Of a stretch of DNA of 52,757 nt, positions 50,861 to 52,757 are shown piece after piece (positions within the stretch are counted from its first letter, which is position 1; each line of letters begins with the position of its first letter). The stretch spans positions 1 through 52,757 of the forward strand of contig JBBRSB010000034.1 in NCBI GenBank assembly GCA_038245785.1. Direction: 5' to 3'. The position numbers and the translations under genes are program-made. This stretch comes from Gloeobacterales cyanobacterium. GTDB lineage: Bacteria; Cyanobacteriota; Cyanobacteriia; Gloeobacterales; PMM-0068. A model generated the notes under the pieces. The model was not told where the DNA came from. It worked only from the letters and a program-made list of their open reading frames with translations, and ran no database searches.

Positions 50861-51895
50861 ATGGTAAGTTCCGCTTCGGAAGTCCGTTCTGGGATGAAAA
50901 GGGATGTCAAAGAAACTCTTCTAACCCCGAGATTTTATACCACTGATTTTCAAGAGATGGAAACGCTCGACATTAACGAGCAGGAACCAGAGTTTAAGGC
51001 CATTCTGCAAGAATTCATTGCAGACTATAACCGCAACCACTTTGTGCGCGATAGCCAGTTTGAAAATAGCTTTGAGCGTATTAGCGGCGAAGAGAGGGCA
51101 CTCTTCCTGGAATTTCTAGAGCGCTCTTGCACCGCAGAATTTTCCGGATTTCTTCTCTATAAAGAGGTCGCTCGTCGCATTCGCGAGAAAAATCCTCTGC
51201 TCGCTGAATGTTTTCGGCTGATGAGTCGGGATGAAGCCCGTCATGCAGGTTTTCTCAACAAAGCAATGGCTGATTCTGGAATCTCTCTAGATTTGTCTTT
51301 TTTGACAAAAGAGAAAAAATATACATTCTTCAAGCCGAAATTCATCTTTTACGCTACCTACTTATCAGAAAAGATTGGCTACTGGCGCTATATTCTGATT
51401 TTTCGCCAATTGCAGAGTGATCCTAAATACTGCATTCATCCGCTGTTCAATTATTTTGAGAACTGGTGCCAGGACGAGAGCCGCCATGGAGATTTCATGG
51501 GCCTAGTGCTCAACTCACAGTCTCGTTGGCTGACCGGAACTGTCAATCGCCTATGGATCCGCTTTTTCTTGCTTTCTGTTTTCGTGACAATGTATCTCAA
51601 CGATCAGAAACGCAGTGACTTTTATAAAATGCTAGGTCTCGACGCTAAAGACTATGATCTGAGCGTTATTGAAAAGACCAATCGGGATGCGGCTAAGATT
51701 TTCCCAATCCTGCTAGATGTAGAACATCCTCAATTTGTTCAACTCCTAGACGCCTGCGTAGAAAATAACAAAAAGTTAGAGCATAAGCAAAATCTACTTA
51801 CTAAGTTACCGCTCTACCTTTCCAATGCCTTCAACATTCTACGTTTGTATCTGATTCCCCCTAAAGAGTCTCTACCTAAGGGAACGGTCTGCTAA
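50861..51895 (+). CDS. acsF: Mg-protoporphyrin IX monomethyl ester oxidative cyclase
   Basis: [54 protein letters not shown]. Confidence 0.98.
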   Translation: MVSSASEVRSGMKRDVKETLLTPRFYTTDFQEMETLDINEQEPEFKAILQEFIADYNRNHFVRDSQFENSFERISGEERALFLEFLERSCTAEFSGFLLYKEVARRIREKNPLLAECFRLMSRDEARHAGFLNKAMADSGISLDLSFLTKEKKYTFFKPKFIFYATYLSEKIGYWRYILIFRQLQSDPKYCIHPLFNYFENWCQDESRHGDFMGLVLNSQSRWLTGTVNRLWIRFFLLSVFVTMYLNDQKRSDFYKMLGLDAKDYDLSVIEKTNRDAAKIFPILLDVEHPQFVQLLDACVENNKKLEHKQNLLTKLPLYLSNAFNILRLYLIPPKESLPKGTVC

Positions 51896-51903
51896 ATAGT
51901 TCT

Positions 51904-52371
51904 GTGCTGACCCGTGTTTTTTCTTCTGGAGCGCTCCTCTCCGTTTGTGTTCTGGGAGGATGTTCTTTGGCCCCACAACCTTCTGCAGAGGTCAAAGAAA
52001 TTCAATCTTCTCTAGAGGACCAGGCCGTTCCTGCTGAAAAAGCAAAGAAGATTGCTCATTCTTTCGCCGCTATCCAGCAAATTGGCACCCGTAACAAGTT
52101 ATGTTTTGAATACACGCTTGGTTTTTCTAATCCAAAATTTTGTCCCATATCAGGAACTCTAGCCAAAAAAATAGTTCCTAATTTTGATCCAGAACTGATT
52201 GAAGATTTAGAGAAATTGGGTGTTTCCGATGTCGGTAGAACCCAATTGACTCAAGAGACGGAGATTATTTCTAAAGAAGCAAAGGGCATAGAAAATTTCT
52301 GTTTCGCAGGACACTTCTTCAAGCCAGAAGCTTCTAAAACCTGTGGTGATTACACGAGTGGTTTTGAATGA
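51904..52371 (+). CDS. Hypothetical lipoprotein
   Basis: Hydrophobic N-terminus with LGGC lipobox; four further Cys. Confidence 0.65.
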   Translation: MLTRVFSSGALLSVCVLGGCSLAPQPSAEVKEIQSSLEDQAVPAEKAKKIAHSFAAIQQIGTRNKLCFEYTLGFSNPKFCPISGTLAKKIVPNFDPELIEDLEKLGVSDVGRTQLTQETEIISKEAKGIENFCFAGHFFKPEASKTCGDYTSGFE

Positions 52372-52393
52372 TTGCCTTTTTGCACTAGAGCAA

Positions 52394-52464
52394 CCCCTCA
52401 GTCCCTACGGGACAGCTCCCTTCGACTTCGCTCAGGGAGCTCCCTGAGCGAAGTCGAAGGGAGC
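52394..52464. repeat. Composite REP/SDR-like element containing a 50-bp perfect palindrome
   Basis: CCCCTCAGTCCCTACGGGACA followed by GCTCCCTTCGACTTCGCTCAGGGAG|CTCCCTGAGCGAAGTCGAAGGGAGC (52415-52464). Confidence 0.9.
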
Positions 52465-52563
52465 CTTTTCTGGAAAGAGAGGGATGGCTTGGATTTGGGT
52501 ACAGACGCTGCGAAAGAGATAGCTCACTGCCTTTTGCGGTTTCTAGAAATGAGTTTGTTCGGG

Positions 52564-52754
52564 TAGTGTCGCATCTCCTCAGTTTTATCCTTCACCTTTC
52601 TCCCCTCAAAAGGCCCAGGCTCCCCTTAGAGGCTATCCATTACGCAAAAGGGCGTAGAAGTGCTGCGGGGAATAGACTTGGGGCGTCGGTTGTAACAATG
52701 GGGAAACTTGAGTAGGATAAAACCTCCGCTCCTTCACGCCAAAGGTCAACACTA
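52564..52754. ncRNA. Candidate ~190-nt rod-like structured RNA or fold-back element
   Basis: Six nested complementary segments: TAGTGT/ACACTA, GTTTTATCCT/AGGATAAAAC, TTTCTCCCC/GGGGAAA, CCCAGG/CTTGGG, TCCCC/GGGGA, TACGC/GCGTA. Confidence 0.45.
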
Positions 52755-52757
52755 TGC

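Noticed and set aside
52372..52566. 64-aa ORF
   Set aside because: It reads through the palindromic repeat (SLRLRSG...LSEVEG), a typical repeat-derived artefact.

Overview
This is a chromosomal window from a cyanobacterium, shown by acsF, ferredoxin-sulfite reductase, a PlmA-type GntR, an A2-type aa3 oxidase and DUF2949 proteins. HIP1 octamers are scarce and the proteins are divergent, which suggests an early-branching lineage such as Gloeobacterales (inference). It opens with the 3' end of an rRNA operon (23S end, 5S, terminator). Housekeeping and transport genes follow: ligA, comEC/comEA, a PhnDCE-like ABC transporter, rimO, an AsmA-like protein, panD, tandem Crp regulators, MarR-EmrAB, ppk2-ctaB-ctaA divergent from coxBAC plus an MsrQ-like gene, chrA, sir and acsF. 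Small accessory cassettes are concentrated between about 2.9 and 21 kb. Main observations: (1) a 913-bp transposase-free antitoxin/HNH cassette sits exactly at the phnC-stop/phnE-start junction between TTAAGT direct repeats, and its HNH gene has a TGA at a conserved Trp; (2) an AT-rich orphan ABC-ATPase-TOPRIM (OLD-like) defence gene is preceded by a possible integrase scar; (3) an AbrB-type antitoxin is followed by a decayed toxin; (4) a 46-aa DUF2949 gene is missing from the ORF track; (5) there are two candidate structured ncRNAs, one a ~190-nt rod-like hairpin at the window end; (6) there is a 50-bp perfect nested palindrome. All family assignments come from motif recognition by eye; no searches were run.
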